A stretch of 64,000 bases of DNA from an uncultured Candidatus Saccharibacteria bacterium (GCA_964478695.1 CAYZIP010000004.1:401-64400), one strand, 5' to 3'; positions 1 through 9,858 are shown, counted from the stretch's first letter. A program made the numbers and translations. The notes: generated by a model from the letters alone, not told the origin.

Positions 1-184
1 TTTACCGGCAAAACATCAACCAAGACATTTGTTGACGTAGTTATATAGTCGTATAACTTATAACCAAATACAACTTTTTATAGATTTAAAGAAGTCTTAG
101 CTTAAAAGACCATATAGTATATAAGTCTTAATTATATTATATGAAAGTCTATTAATTAGACTAACAAAACATATACTCTATAAT

Positions 185-212
185 AAGACCACTAAAATGT
201 CTTTGTGGTCTT
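185..212. terminator. Hairpin downstream of rplA (AAGACCAC...GTGGTCTT), probable terminator
   Basis: 8-bp perfect inverted repeat 36 nt after the rplA stop with T-rich flanks. Confidence 0.5.
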
Positions 213-248
213 TTGATTTAAAGTAATTATATATTTATTTTATAGATA

Positions 249-1124
249 TTAAAGAGACAGGCTAAGGCCAGGCAACATAGTGGCACTTAAGCTAATATTC
301 TTGATATATGTTCCTTTGGCTCCACTGGGTTTTGCTTTTAATATAGCCTTATGGGCAACCTCAATATTTGAGATTAAATCACTAGTATCAAAACTAAGCT
401 TACCAACACTAAGGTGTACTATGCCATAGCTATCAGCCTTAAACTCTATACGACCGTCTCTTATTTCTTTGATAGCGCTGGCTATATCTGCAGAAACTGT
501 ATTATTTTTGGGAGTAGGCATTAATCCTTTAGGGCCCAATATCTTAGCATATTTACTAAGCTCAGCCATTTTTTTTGGATTTGTAATTAAGACATCAAAT
601 AGTATTTTCTTTGAGCTAATCTGTGATATTATTTCTTCTGGATTAGCATAATCGGCTCCATCTGTAATATGCTGCTTTTCATTTTGACTATCATCAAAAA
701 TAGCTATGACTATTTTTTTACTTAAAGCTTTTGGTAAAGATAGATTACCGCGTACAACTTGATCGGCTTGCCTAACATCAATACCTAGATTAAAGTTGAG
801 CTCAACCGTAGGGTCAAATTTAAATGGATTAATTTTTTTTAATAGCTCCAAGGCTTCTTGAGGGCTATATTTCGCATTAGAATCAATCTTTTCTTTGAGG
901 GCGTGGTAGCGCTTTGATCTTTTTTTGACCTTAACAACTTTTTTAACAGTAGCCCGTACCACCTGATTTTCTTTAAGATCCTTTTCTTTTGATGTGTCTA
1001 CTTCTTTGTCGTCATCTTGGCTGACTACTTCTATATTCTCATCGATAGTAATATCTACGTCCTGCTTAATTTCTACCTCTAAATCTTGTACTTGCTCTAC
1101 TGCCTTCTTCTTTTCTTTAGACAT
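249..1124 (-). CDS. rplA: 50S ribosomal protein uL1 with ~60-aa charged N-terminal extension
   Basis: KFDPTVEL, QVVRG, LGPKGLMPTPK, KPSGAKGTYI motifs; follows rplK. Confidence 0.97.
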   Translation of the reverse strand: MSKEKKKAVEQVQDLEVEIKQDVDITIDENIEVVSQDDDKEVDTSKEKDLKENQVVRATVKKVVKVKKRSKRYHALKEKIDSNAKYSPQEALELLKKINPFKFDPTVELNFNLGIDVRQADQVVRGNLSLPKALSKKIVIAIFDDSQNEKQHITDGADYANPEEIISQISSKKILFDVLITNPKKMAELSKYAKILGPKGLMPTPKNNTVSADIASAIKEIRDGRIEFKADSYGIVHLSVGKLSFDTSDLISNIEVAHKAILKAKPSGAKGTYIKNISLSATMLPGLSLSL

Positions 1125-1141
1125 TTGTGATCCTTTCTATA

Positions 1142-1205
1142 GTGGTTATATTAAAATATTTGGCGAATTTTAAGCATAAAATATATTAAGCCTAAAACTC
1201 TCCCA
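1142..1205 (-). promoter_or_regulatory. Putative uL1-binding autoregulatory mRNA element between rplK and rplA
   Basis: Minus strand UGGGAG...UAUAACCAC bracketing an 11-bp stem (GAGUUUUAGGC/GCUUAAAAUUC) just upstream of the rplA SD; resembles known L1 target sites. Confidence 0.45.
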
Positions 1206-1247
1206 TCATAAAAGATACTTATAAAAAATATTTGATGGCTAAATACA

Positions 1248-1682
1248 TTAGCCCTCTACTACCTCCACTCCCATAGCACGGGCTGATCCAGCTACAATCT
1301 TTTTGGCAGCCTCGATATCATTGGCATTGAGATCAGACATTTTTTCTTCGGCTATATCTTTTATTTGAGACCAAGTAATCTTGCCAACTTTATCTTTATG
1401 CGACTTAGCCGAACCCTTATCGAGGTTAATTGCCTTTTTGATTAATTCTGTTACTGGAGTACCGGAAGTGGTAAATGTGAATGATTTATCCTCAAACACA
1501 GTGATACGCACTGGGGTAGTCTGCCCCTTACGCTGATTGGTGGCTTCATTAAAAGCATTAACAAATTCCATCATATTCACTCCTTGTGCACCAAGAATAG
1601 ACCCTACAGGGGGGGCAGCACTAGCGCCGGCACCAGGCAAAACCATTTTTAAATTTGCGATAACTTTCTTTTTTTCAGCCAT
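1248..1682 (-). CDS. rplK: 50S ribosomal protein uL11
   Basis: ASAAPPVGSILG, DLNANDIEAA, GSARAMG motifs. Confidence 0.98.
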   Translation of the reverse strand: MAEKKKVIANLKMVLPGAGASAAPPVGSILGAQGVNMMEFVNAFNEATNQRKGQTTPVRITVFEDKSFTFTTSGTPVTELIKKAINLDKGSAKSHKDKVGKITWSQIKDIAEEKMSDLNANDIEAAKKIVAGSARAMGVEVVEG

Positions 1683-1722
1683 ATTATTCCTTTTCTCTAT
1701 CTAGTAAATATTTATTATATCA

Positions 1723-2280
1723 TTAAATCTTCTTAACTTGAAGAGAGTCTAGCTCTACAGGCGTCTCTCTTCCGAACATATTAACCAAGACTTTTATTTT
1801 ACCCTTAGCTTCATCTATATCGTTAATAGACCCATCAAATCCTTTAAATGGTCCATCCACTATACTGACAAGCTCCCCAGCAGTAAAAGATATATCATAT
1901 TTAGGATTATCTTGTCCCATACGTTTTTTAATAGAACGCACTTCTTCGCTGCTCATAGGGATAGGAGTAGCCCCAGATCCAACGAAACCAGTAACATTAG
2001 GGGTATTACGTACCACAAACCAAGCATCGTCTCCCATAATCATTTCTACCATAATATACCCTGGGAATATCTTTTTTTCTACTGTTTTGCGCTTACCATT
2101 ACGTATTTCTATTCTTTTTTCCTTAGGTACAAGTATTTCTATAATTTGTTTAGAAAAACCTAAGTTTTCTGCTCTTTGAGTCAAGGTTTGAGCCACTACA
2201 TCTTCATAGCCAGAATATGTATGAACTACATACCATAGCGCTTTTGAAGTACTCTTAATTTTGCTTGCTTCTTTGCTCAT
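1723..2280 (-). CDS. nusG: Transcription elongation factor NusG
   Basis: WYVVHTYSGYE, FPGYI, VRNTPNVTGFVG, KOW DGPF, FGRETPVEL. Confidence 0.98.
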   Translation of the reverse strand: MSKEASKIKSTSKALWYVVHTYSGYEDVVAQTLTQRAENLGFSKQIIEILVPKEKRIEIRNGKRKTVEKKIFPGYIMVEMIMGDDAWFVVRNTPNVTGFVGSGATPIPMSSEEVRSIKKRMGQDNPKYDISFTAGELVSIVDGPFKGFDGSINDIDEAKGKIKVLVNMFGRETPVELDSLQVKKI

Positions 2281-2292
2281 AAAAAGTCTCCC

Positions 2293-2472
2293 TTATATCA
2301 ATTTATTAATACCTAATCTTATTAAAGCCTCAAGTCCACCTACATAAATAGCTATAATAGTAGAAAATACTATGACAGTTACCCCGAACCTCCAGGCTTC
2401 TTGTCTACTGGGCCATGATAATCCTCGAATTAGATCTACATAGCTGTTTAGAATAGAAAATATTTTTCTCAT
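2293..2472 (-). CDS. secE: Preprotein translocase subunit SecE (59 aa, absent from ORF track)
   Basis: Manual translation MRKIFSILNSYVDLIRGLSWPSRQEAWRFGVTVIVFSTIIAIYVGGLEALIRLGINKLI; WP motif plus one TM helix; directly upstream of nusG. Confidence 0.9.
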   Translation of the reverse strand: MRKIFSILNSYVDLIRGLSWPSRQEAWRFGVTVIVFSTIIAIYVGGLEALIRLGINKLI

Positions 2473-2519
2473 TTTAAAAGATCAACCTTTTTTATTAAAA
2501 AATTTATCTTACGCCAAAT

Positions 2520-2581
2520 AAAAAAGACCTTATTCTTAAGGTCTATATGTCAATATTATATAACTACTCCTCCCTTGTCAA
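2520..2581 (-). promoter_or_regulatory. Sigma70-type promoter followed by terminator-like hairpin in the secE-nusG leader
   Basis: TTGACA (2581-2576), TATAAT/TAATAT (2560-2553), then AGACCTTA-AGAA-TAAGGTCT plus T-tract. Confidence 0.55.
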
Positions 2582-2627
2582 TGCTTCGAGACAATAGCAC
2601 TATTTTAATACATATTTTCTTATAGGA

Positions 2628-3443
2628 TTATTTAGGCTTAATGGTGGGCAGTAGTGGTGAACTCAAAAAAGATTCTAAGCTAGCGCCTACTTTTAATAGA
2701 TATTGATTAAGACTATTTTGAAAAACTAAGACCATAAGACTTAATACAATCACTGCTATGCTCAGCCATATAATACTATTTTTGACCCTGACTAGACTTA
2801 TGCTAGGATATGTATTTAAAATTTCCATTTTAGATATATAGAAGTTGGCCCATATGTATATTAAAAATGACATAATATAAAAGATGATATTAGACAAAAA
2901 TATATGCCTAATACTAATAAAAAATATAAAATACATCATATTTTTTACAGTTAATATAAGGGATAAAATGTCGATTTGATATTGTCTCTTTTCATGGATG
3001 GCAGCAAACATAACTGCATGCTTGATTAAGACAAATCTCAGTAATAAAAACAATATAGACGAAATAGTTAATATAATATTGTTGGTAGTAGATAAGATAA
3101 AATTATCTCTTATAAATAGAGAGAAAACATGATAAACGCTGATTATAAAAATAATATTGATTCCATACAAAAGTAGTATTCTTTTTTTTAAAATGCCGTA
3201 ATAAACTCTAGGGGATATCCTTGGGGATAATAATAACAGCAGTAGCATCACGTAGATTAAGATTAAGCTCAATATAACCGTTCCGATACTAAAGCTACTA
3301 AAGACAATAAAAACATCTCTTAGGGGCTTATGAATAATATGATTAAAAATAGAAGCTGCTGCTACCGAGAGAGTACATATAAAAAAATCAAAGCTAAATA
3401 AATAATAAGTTAAATATTTAAGTATCTTACTGCGCTTAATCAA
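2628..3443 (-). CDS. Hypothetical polytopic membrane protein (about 7 TM)
   Basis: 271-aa ORF with repeated hydrophobic segments; 4-nt overlap with the upstream ORF. Confidence 0.75.
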   Translation of the reverse strand: MIKRSKILKYLTYYLFSFDFFICTLSVAAASIFNHIIHKPLRDVFIVFSSFSIGTVILSLILIYVMLLLLLLSPRISPRVYYGILKKRILLLYGINIIFIISVYHVFSLFIRDNFILSTTNNIILTISSILFLLLRFVLIKHAVMFAAIHEKRQYQIDILSLILTVKNMMYFIFFISIRHIFLSNIIFYIMSFLIYIWANFYISKMEILNTYPSISLVRVKNSIIWLSIAVIVLSLMVLVFQNSLNQYLLKVGASLESFLSSPLLPTIKPK

Positions 3444-5500
3444 CCAACCCTCCTTCTAAGATCAAAGATAGTATCTGTTCTATTTTTTCTAAATATCAAA
3501 GTTAATATTACTAAGGTCATAGCAATAATGAGAGATACTAAGGAACTAGGGTGATAAAAATAAGTACCAATCCCAGTATAAATAGTGATTAAGACAAGGT
3601 TATAATATAGACTAAGTTTATTAATTAGTAGGGTTAATAGCATTAAAATAGCTAAACCCCAAAAAATTATATGATAAGGTATCCCTTGTCTTGTTTGTAT
3701 GTTTAATAATATCATCAAGGGAGCAAATAAAGTTACTGCCATTCCAATAGGGATAGAAAATCTTTTCGGGAGTATTAAACTCCCCACATACAGGATCACA
3801 TTGACCACCAATATGGCCCATATTTGAGGCTTGACCCAATTTAGCTGTATCCCTAAAGCCGTTAAAGCTAGATTGATAGCAATAATAATAATTGGCATTA
3901 GATTGGGCCAAGAGAATTTGATACTAATGGCAGCTAAGACTAAGGCCATACAAGCAGCTCCAATCACCATGGCCATAGGCCCACTATAATAACCTATTAT
4001 TAATCCGAGTAAAATCGATATATTAAGAAATAATATATTAACAGCCTCAAGTTCTTTAAAATTCCTGGTATTGAAATATAAAGTAACGGCTAAGAGTATT
4101 AAACTAAAAAGGCTATAGTAAATCACCAGATTGGTGGCAGGTCCTAAATAAGAGAATAAGGACATACTAACTAGTACTGGAGATAGTATTAGCCCTAATA
4201 ATAAATTAATCCAATCCATTGGATTTTTATAAATACTATATAAGATAGTATGAACTAAGATAATCAAAGTAAGTAAAGTTAATACTAAATATGGATCTGT
4301 CCCAAAAATAAAGGGGGCAAAATTAATGCAAGCGATAAGAATAAAGATTAACTTTCGTAAGAAACTAAAATCACTAGACTCATTGGGTTCAAGATATTTA
4401 ATATAATACCAGCTTAAGCTCATTAAGATTAGTCCTATACTAATAACAAATAAATATTTTAGCTCAAGGCCATAACTTAGTATAAATGTTAATAGTAGCA
4501 ACAATACATTGCCTATTAATAAATAAATAGTTTTTAGCAATATTTCATTGGTAGTGAAGTATAAATAAATAAAATATATAAGCAGTAAGGCCACGCTAAT
4601 AGAAGCCGACATAAGACTTGGCCTAGATACTATCATCAATACAGTTAACAGTACCCCTAACACTATTCTATGGATATTTAAAAATATAGGGGCAGACTTG
4701 GTGATGTTATTTAATAAGGAAACAACAATAATATGAAGGGTCAGAAGTGGGTATATAAAATCTAGATTTATTATTCCCAAAGCTGTCATCGATGATAATA
4801 GTATGGATATGAAGATCGAACTCATGATAAGCCCCATATTCTGATTACGAAGATAAAGAAATATATTTAATAAAGCCAAAACTATGATGGATAACCATTG
4901 GGCAAACTGATAATGTACTAAATGAGTGTTTAACCACCATATTAAATATGAACTAATAATAAGACTATTAATAATACTGGCTATCCAGATAGGCATATAG
5001 TTTTTGGGGAGTAATAAATAGATAATATAATTTAATACCAAAAGCACAGCGATAATAATAATATTTTCTTTAGTCCCCCCATAAAGAGTGGTGATGATAA
5101 TAGCAATGCTAGGAATCAGCCCTAATAATATATAAGCCAATATAGCTATAGGATGAGTTGTGGTAACACTTTTTCTAACCTGATTAATACTAGCCTCATC
5201 ACTAGCGAAGAGCTCTTTAAAATCTGATGATAGTTTTTGTGTTGTAGTGCTGGCCTTATGAGAAGTATTAGGATTTAAATATCTAGTTGTAGTGGTTTTG
5301 GTAGACACAATATCTTGGATTAATCTAGGATTTGGATTAATGCTTATTGAGGGCTTGGCCGTGATGTCATTTAGTACATATCTATTATTTATATTATTAT
5401 CTAATCTATTTTTTTTAACCCTGTCCCCTGCCATATTTGGCTTATACTGATCATGTTCTATATTGTTATTAATCTTCTTATGCTTAAATAAATGCATCAC
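3440..5500 (-). CDS. Large hypothetical polytopic membrane protein (about 18-20 TM, polar N-terminal ~115 aa)
   Basis: 686-aa ORF; hydrophilic N/T/K-rich N-terminus then serial hydrophobic helices. Confidence 0.8.
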   Translation of the reverse strand: MMHLFKHKKINNNIEHDQYKPNMAGDRVKKNRLDNNINNRYVLNDITAKPSISINPNPRLIQDIVSTKTTTTRYLNPNTSHKASTTTQKLSSDFKELFASDEASINQVRKSVTTTHPIAILAYILLGLIPSIAIIITTLYGGTKENIIIIAVLLVLNYIIYLLLPKNYMPIWIASIINSLIISSYLIWWLNTHLVHYQFAQWLSIIVLALLNIFLYLRNQNMGLIMSSIFISILLSSMTALGIINLDFIYPLLTLHIIVVSLLNNITKSAPIFLNIHRIVLGVLLTVLMIVSRPSLMSASISVALLLIYFIYLYFTTNEILLKTIYLLIGNVLLLLLTFILSYGLELKYLFVISIGLILMSLSWYYIKYLEPNESSDFSFLRKLIFILIACINFAPFIFGTDPYLVLTLLTLIILVHTILYSIYKNPMDWINLLLGLILSPVLVSMSLFSYLGPATNLVIYYSLFSLILLAVTLYFNTRNFKELEAVNILFLNISILLGLIIGYYSGPMAMVIGAACMALVLAAISIKFSWPNLMPIIIIAINLALTALGIQLNWVKPQIWAILVVNVILYVGSLILPKRFSIPIGMAVTLFAPLMILLNIQTRQGIPYHIIFWGLAILMLLTLLINKLSLYYNLVLITIYTGIGTYFYHPSSLVSLIIAMTLVILTLIFRKNRTDTIFDLRRRVG

Positions 5501-5667
5501 GCCCCAACCTCAAGCTTTTTCATATACTTTTATTATAGTACAGCAGACTTTAAACCAAAATGAATATATCTTAAGGCCAGAAAAAATACATACTCGATTT
5601 GATCATGATATTTTTGCATTATATTTTTTGAATACTTGATATGTGGAAAAAAGTATATTTAAAAAGA

Positions 5668-7605
5668 CTAAGGCTTGGTCCAAGAAGCATATTTACAATC
5701 AGGATATTGATCGCAGCCATAAAAAACTCTACCCTTTCTGGTTTTCTTAGCTACAATCTCTCCTTTTTTACATTCTGGGCACTTAACATTTGTTTTTTCT
5801 AAAGCCTCTTTTTTAATATAACGACATTCTGGATAATTAGAACAACCTACAAATTTACCATAACGGCTGCTACGAATTACTAAAGGATGCTTACATTCTG
5901 GACAATTTTCACCAGTCTGCTCAGACTCTACTTTAATACGCTCTATGCTATCTTTTTTATTCTCTATATCTTTAGCTAGTGGATTATAAAAATCGGCTAC
6001 TATTTTTTGCCATTTATCCTTGCCTAAGGATACGGCATCCAGTTCTTGCTCTAATTTTGCCGTTAAGTTCACATCTACTATAGAAGAAAAATTATCTTCT
6101 AGCATTTTATTCACACTAAGCCCTATTTTCTCAGGGACTAATTTTTTGTCTTGGCTGATAATATAACCTCTATCTACTAAGGTAGAAATAGTAGGAGCAT
6201 AGGTGCTAGGCCGTCCCACCCCCAAACTTTCTAATACCTTGATCAAGGTTGCTTCTGAATAACGACTAGGAGGGCTGCTAAACTTTTGCTTTGTTTCTAC
6301 TTCGACTAGTGTCAGGCTTTCTCCTTTTGATAATTCAGGTAAAATGATATCTTCATCTTTTTTATAGGTATATATCTTAGTATAGCCATCAAACTTAATG
6401 GTTTTGCCAACAGCTCTAAAACTATAATTTTCTACCTTAATAGTAGCGACTACTTGATCTACCAGCTGAGCAGACATCTGAGAAGCGATGGCTCTAGTTC
6501 GAATTAAATCATATAATCTAGCTCCATCTTCTATTTTTAATTCTTGAGCATTCTTATTAAAAACTGTGGGCCTAATAGCTTCATGGGCTTCCTGTGCTCC
6601 CTTCTGCTTACTTTTATAAACCCTGGGAGTTTGGCTTAAATATCCTTTTCCAAAAGCTAAAGTAATATAATCTCTCATCCCAGCAACAGATTCTTGACTT
6701 AAATTCAAACTATCAGTACGCATATAGGTAATGTGCCCAGCTTCATATAGCTTTTGAGCCACGGTCATAGTTCTTTTAGCTGAATATCCTAAGTGAGAAT
6801 AAGCTGCTCTCTGTAAAGTAGAGGTAATGAATGGAGGTAAGGGATTGCTAGTTAACTGCTTTTGATCAATAGATGCTACCTCTAAACTACTTTTCTCTAC
6901 TAAAGCTTTTAGATTAAGAGCCTGCTCTTCATTCTTTAACATAATATTCTTGGTATTATTAGGATAAAGATCGAACAATATTCTATCCTGATTTTTATTA
7001 TTAGTATGAATGGTAAATGGCCAGTACTCTACAGGCACAAAAGCCTCTATTTCCCTCTCTTTATCAACAATAATCTTTAAAGCCACAGACTGGACTCTTC
7101 CAGCAGACAAACCTCTTTTAATTTTTTGCCATAGTAAAGGAGATAAACTATAACCAAACAATCTATCCAATACCCTTCTACCTTGCTGGGCATCAACTAG
7201 ATTGATGTCAATATCTCTAGGGTGTTTTACGGCTGATAGAATTGCATTTTTAGTAATTTCGGAGAAAGTAATTCTGACAATCTTTTTATCACTATATTTA
7301 TTTTTTATTAGCTCTGACAAATGCCAAGCTATAGCTTCACCTTCACGGTCAAGGTCAGTCGCTAAATATACTACTAAAGCATTCTTACTAGCTTCTATGA
7401 GCTCATTAGCTCTCTTGCGTACCTTGGGACTGACTATATAATCTGGAGCAAAATTATTATCAGTATCAACTCCTATCCTAGATTTAGGCAAATCTCTAAT
7501 ATGACCAAAACTAGCCATCACTTTAAATTCTTTACCAAGATAATTCTCAATTACTTTGGCTTTAGCTGGACTTTCTACTATTACTAGATTGATTGACTTT
7601 TTCAT
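5668..7605 (-). CDS. topA: DNA topoisomerase I
   Basis: LVIVESPAK, LATDLDREGEAI, SAGRVQS, ITYMRTDS catalytic Tyr, two C-terminal zinc ribbons. Confidence 0.98.
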   Translation of the reverse strand: MKKSINLVIVESPAKAKVIENYLGKEFKVMASFGHIRDLPKSRIGVDTDNNFAPDYIVSPKVRKRANELIEASKNALVVYLATDLDREGEAIAWHLSELIKNKYSDKKIVRITFSEITKNAILSAVKHPRDIDINLVDAQQGRRVLDRLFGYSLSPLLWQKIKRGLSAGRVQSVALKIIVDKEREIEAFVPVEYWPFTIHTNNKNQDRILFDLYPNNTKNIMLKNEEQALNLKALVEKSSLEVASIDQKQLTSNPLPPFITSTLQRAAYSHLGYSAKRTMTVAQKLYEAGHITYMRTDSLNLSQESVAGMRDYITLAFGKGYLSQTPRVYKSKQKGAQEAHEAIRPTVFNKNAQELKIEDGARLYDLIRTRAIASQMSAQLVDQVVATIKVENYSFRAVGKTIKFDGYTKIYTYKKDEDIILPELSKGESLTLVEVETKQKFSSPPSRYSEATLIKVLESLGVGRPSTYAPTISTLVDRGYIISQDKKLVPEKIGLSVNKMLEDNFSSIVDVNLTAKLEQELDAVSLGKDKWQKIVADFYNPLAKDIENKKDSIERIKVESEQTGENCPECKHPLVIRSSRYGKFVGCSNYPECRYIKKEALEKTNVKCPECKKGEIVAKKTRKGRVFYGCDQYPDCKYASWTKP

Positions 7606-7842
7606 AATTAATAACTTATCAGATTATCTTTCATAGTAGCAATACTATTGTTAGCGGCAGTAGTCTTTAATATCAAAAAGTTTTTAAAACTTTAAGAGTC
7701 TTTTTATGGGATAAGACTTTAGTAAACTTTAAGAATACATAAAAAGACTTTAATACTAAAGTTTATAATTTTATTTTGTGTTGTATTTATTATTGAAGCT
7801 TATGCCTTTAAAGTTTTAAAAACTACTATATACTATTCATAG

Positions 7843-8391
7843 ATGAAAAATAGTAAAGAAGTAGGGCTATCTAATCTATATATAGTACTAGACAATATTC
7901 GTAGTTGTTATAATGTAGGTGCTATTATGCGTAGTATGGGATTTTTTGGATTTAATTCTTTAATAGCCATTGGATCTACTCCCTATCCTCAAATTAAAAA
8001 AGATATTAGACCAAGATATATTATTGATAAGAATACTCAACAAATTGCCAAAACTGCTTTAGGGGCAGAAAAATATATTGATGTATTCTACTATGAATTT
8101 GATCATGAATTCTATCATAGCCTTGAATCTAATGATATCTTAATTTCATTAGAACAAAATTCTAAGGCCATCTATATGCATGATATAGTCACCATTGATT
8201 GGCCTAGGAAGACATATATAGTATTAGGATCAGAGGATAAAGGGGTTAGCCCATACTTATTAGAAAAAAGTAATTCTATAGTTGAAATCACAGGACTAGG
8301 ACAAAAAAAATCTTTAAATGTCAGTTCTGCCGCTGCCATGGCTTTATTTTATATAAATACATTAAAAGCCAAGGCTAAATATGAAAATTAG
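7843..8391 (+). CDS. SpoU/TrmH-family RNA methyltransferase
   Basis: VLDNIRSCYNVGAIMR, KTALGAE, LGSEDKGV, SLNVSSAAA SPOUT motifs. Confidence 0.9.
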   Translation: MKNSKEVGLSNLYIVLDNIRSCYNVGAIMRSMGFFGFNSLIAIGSTPYPQIKKDIRPRYIIDKNTQQIAKTALGAEKYIDVFYYEFDHEFYHSLESNDILISLEQNSKAIYMHDIVTIDWPRKTYIVLGSEDKGVSPYLLEKSNSIVEITGLGQKKSLNVSSAAAMALFYINTLKAKAKYEN

Positions 8392-8803
8392 TCACAGTTT
8401 TCAGTGCCAGAATTGCGGCTATTATAATGACTCTCATCCTATTGGAACCAAGCAAAGGAATCATTGTTCTCAATGTTTATATTCTCTTCATTTAGATAAA
8501 GCAATACCAGGAGATAGACTTTCGAAATGTAAAGCATTAATGATTCCTGTAGCTTTATATTCTAAAAAAAATAACAATAAGTATATTAACGATCAAAGCA
8601 GTATAGGTGAAATTAAAATTCTACATCAATGCTCGCAATGCGAGAGTATTAGCAGTAATAGAATAGCTGGAGACGACAATGAAAGTGCTATTTTGGATTT
8701 ACTAGAAGACAGAACAGATAATAGCCTAGAGCAATTAAAAGGATACAATATATTAAACAAGGACTCATATCAAATGGTTTTAAAGCAACTAAAAGGGAGT
8801 TAA
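8381..8803 (+). CDS. RNHCP-domain zinc-binding protein
   Basis: FQCQNC, RNHCSQCLYSLHLD, PGDR, HQCSQC, NRIAGDDN match the RNHCP family pattern. Confidence 0.88.
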   Translation: MKISHSFQCQNCGYYNDSHPIGTKQRNHCSQCLYSLHLDKAIPGDRLSKCKALMIPVALYSKKNNNKYINDQSSIGEIKILHQCSQCESISSNRIAGDDNESAILDLLEDRTDNSLEQLKGYNILNKDSYQMVLKQLKGS

Positions 8804-8809
8804 ATTTTT

Positions 8810-9856
8810 TTGAGTATCAGGCATTTTAATTTAAAAGTTAGAGGGAAAAGCTGCACGACACCATTATTCATGCCAGTAGCTACACAAGCTAGCTTTAAAT
8901 CTATGGATTTATCAACAGTACAAAATATCGGCTTTCCTGTTGTTTTATGTAATACCTATCACTTATTCTTAAGCCCAGGTACTAGTGTTATTAAAGAAGC
9001 AAATGGACTACATAATTTTACTAATTATAATGGTCTAATTTTAACTGACTCTGGTGGTTTTCAGGTATTTTCACTAGCCAACATGAATCAAGTGTCTGAG
9101 GAAGGAGTTTATTTTAAAGACCCAAAATCAGGAACCACACATTTTATATCGCCAGAGATATCCATACAAACTCAATTCGATTTAGGGGCTGATATTATTA
9201 TGGCTTTTGATCAACTCATTGGCCTAAAGGAGCACGATCACGATAGGCAAACTGAGGCTAGTGACAGAACTAATCGCTGGCTGTTAAGATCTCTTAATAA
9301 ATTTAAAGAATTAACTAAAGATATTGCCCCTGATCAAAGGCCTTTATTCTTTGGTATAAATCAAGGAGGGTTAGATTTAGACCTACGCCTTAAAAATCTA
9401 AAATTTATACAATCTATAGATGTAGATGGGATTGCTATTGGTGGGCTATCGGTAGGAGAAAGTCGGGAAGATATGTTTAAGGTTATATCTTTTTTAGAGC
9501 CCTATCTAGACCCTCAAAGGCCACATTATTTAATGGGTGTAGGTCATCCCATAGATTTAGATTTTGCCTATAGACATGGAATTGATATGGCTGACTGTGT
9601 TTTGCCTACTCGTAATGCTAGACATGGACAGGCTTGGTGCAAAGACCCAGAACATGGATTTAAAGCAATCAATATTACCAATGCTAGATATAAAAACGAT
9701 TTTACTGCTCTAGACGATTGTCCTTGTAAGCTGTGTCAGAACTTTAGTAAAGCCTATTTACATCATTTGTTTAAAAATAAAGACAGCTTGGCTGGACAAC
9801 TATTGTCTATACATAATCTTACTTTTTTATATCAGATGATACAAAAAATGCTATGA
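8810..9856 (+). CDS. tgt: tRNA-guanine transglycosylase
   Basis: TPLFMPVAT, NTYHL, TDSGGFQVFSL, YLMGVG, DCVLPTRNARHG, CxCxxC...H zinc site; TTG start. Confidence 0.96.
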   Translation: MSIRHFNLKVRGKSCTTPLFMPVATQASFKSMDLSTVQNIGFPVVLCNTYHLFLSPGTSVIKEANGLHNFTNYNGLILTDSGGFQVFSLANMNQVSEEGVYFKDPKSGTTHFISPEISIQTQFDLGADIIMAFDQLIGLKEHDHDRQTEASDRTNRWLLRSLNKFKELTKDIAPDQRPLFFGINQGGLDLDLRLKNLKFIQSIDVDGIAIGGLSVGESREDMFKVISFLEPYLDPQRPHYLMGVGHPIDLDFAYRHGIDMADCVLPTRNARHGQAWCKDPEHGFKAINITNARYKNDFTALDDCPCKLCQNFSKAYLHHLFKNKDSLAGQLLSIHNLTFLYQMIQKML

Positions 9857-9858
9857 TT

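Noticed and set aside
1-40. Minus-strand hairpin followed by GCCGGTAAA at the window edge, possibly the 5' end of a tRNA
   Set aside because: Only 9 nt are visible, which cannot support a call
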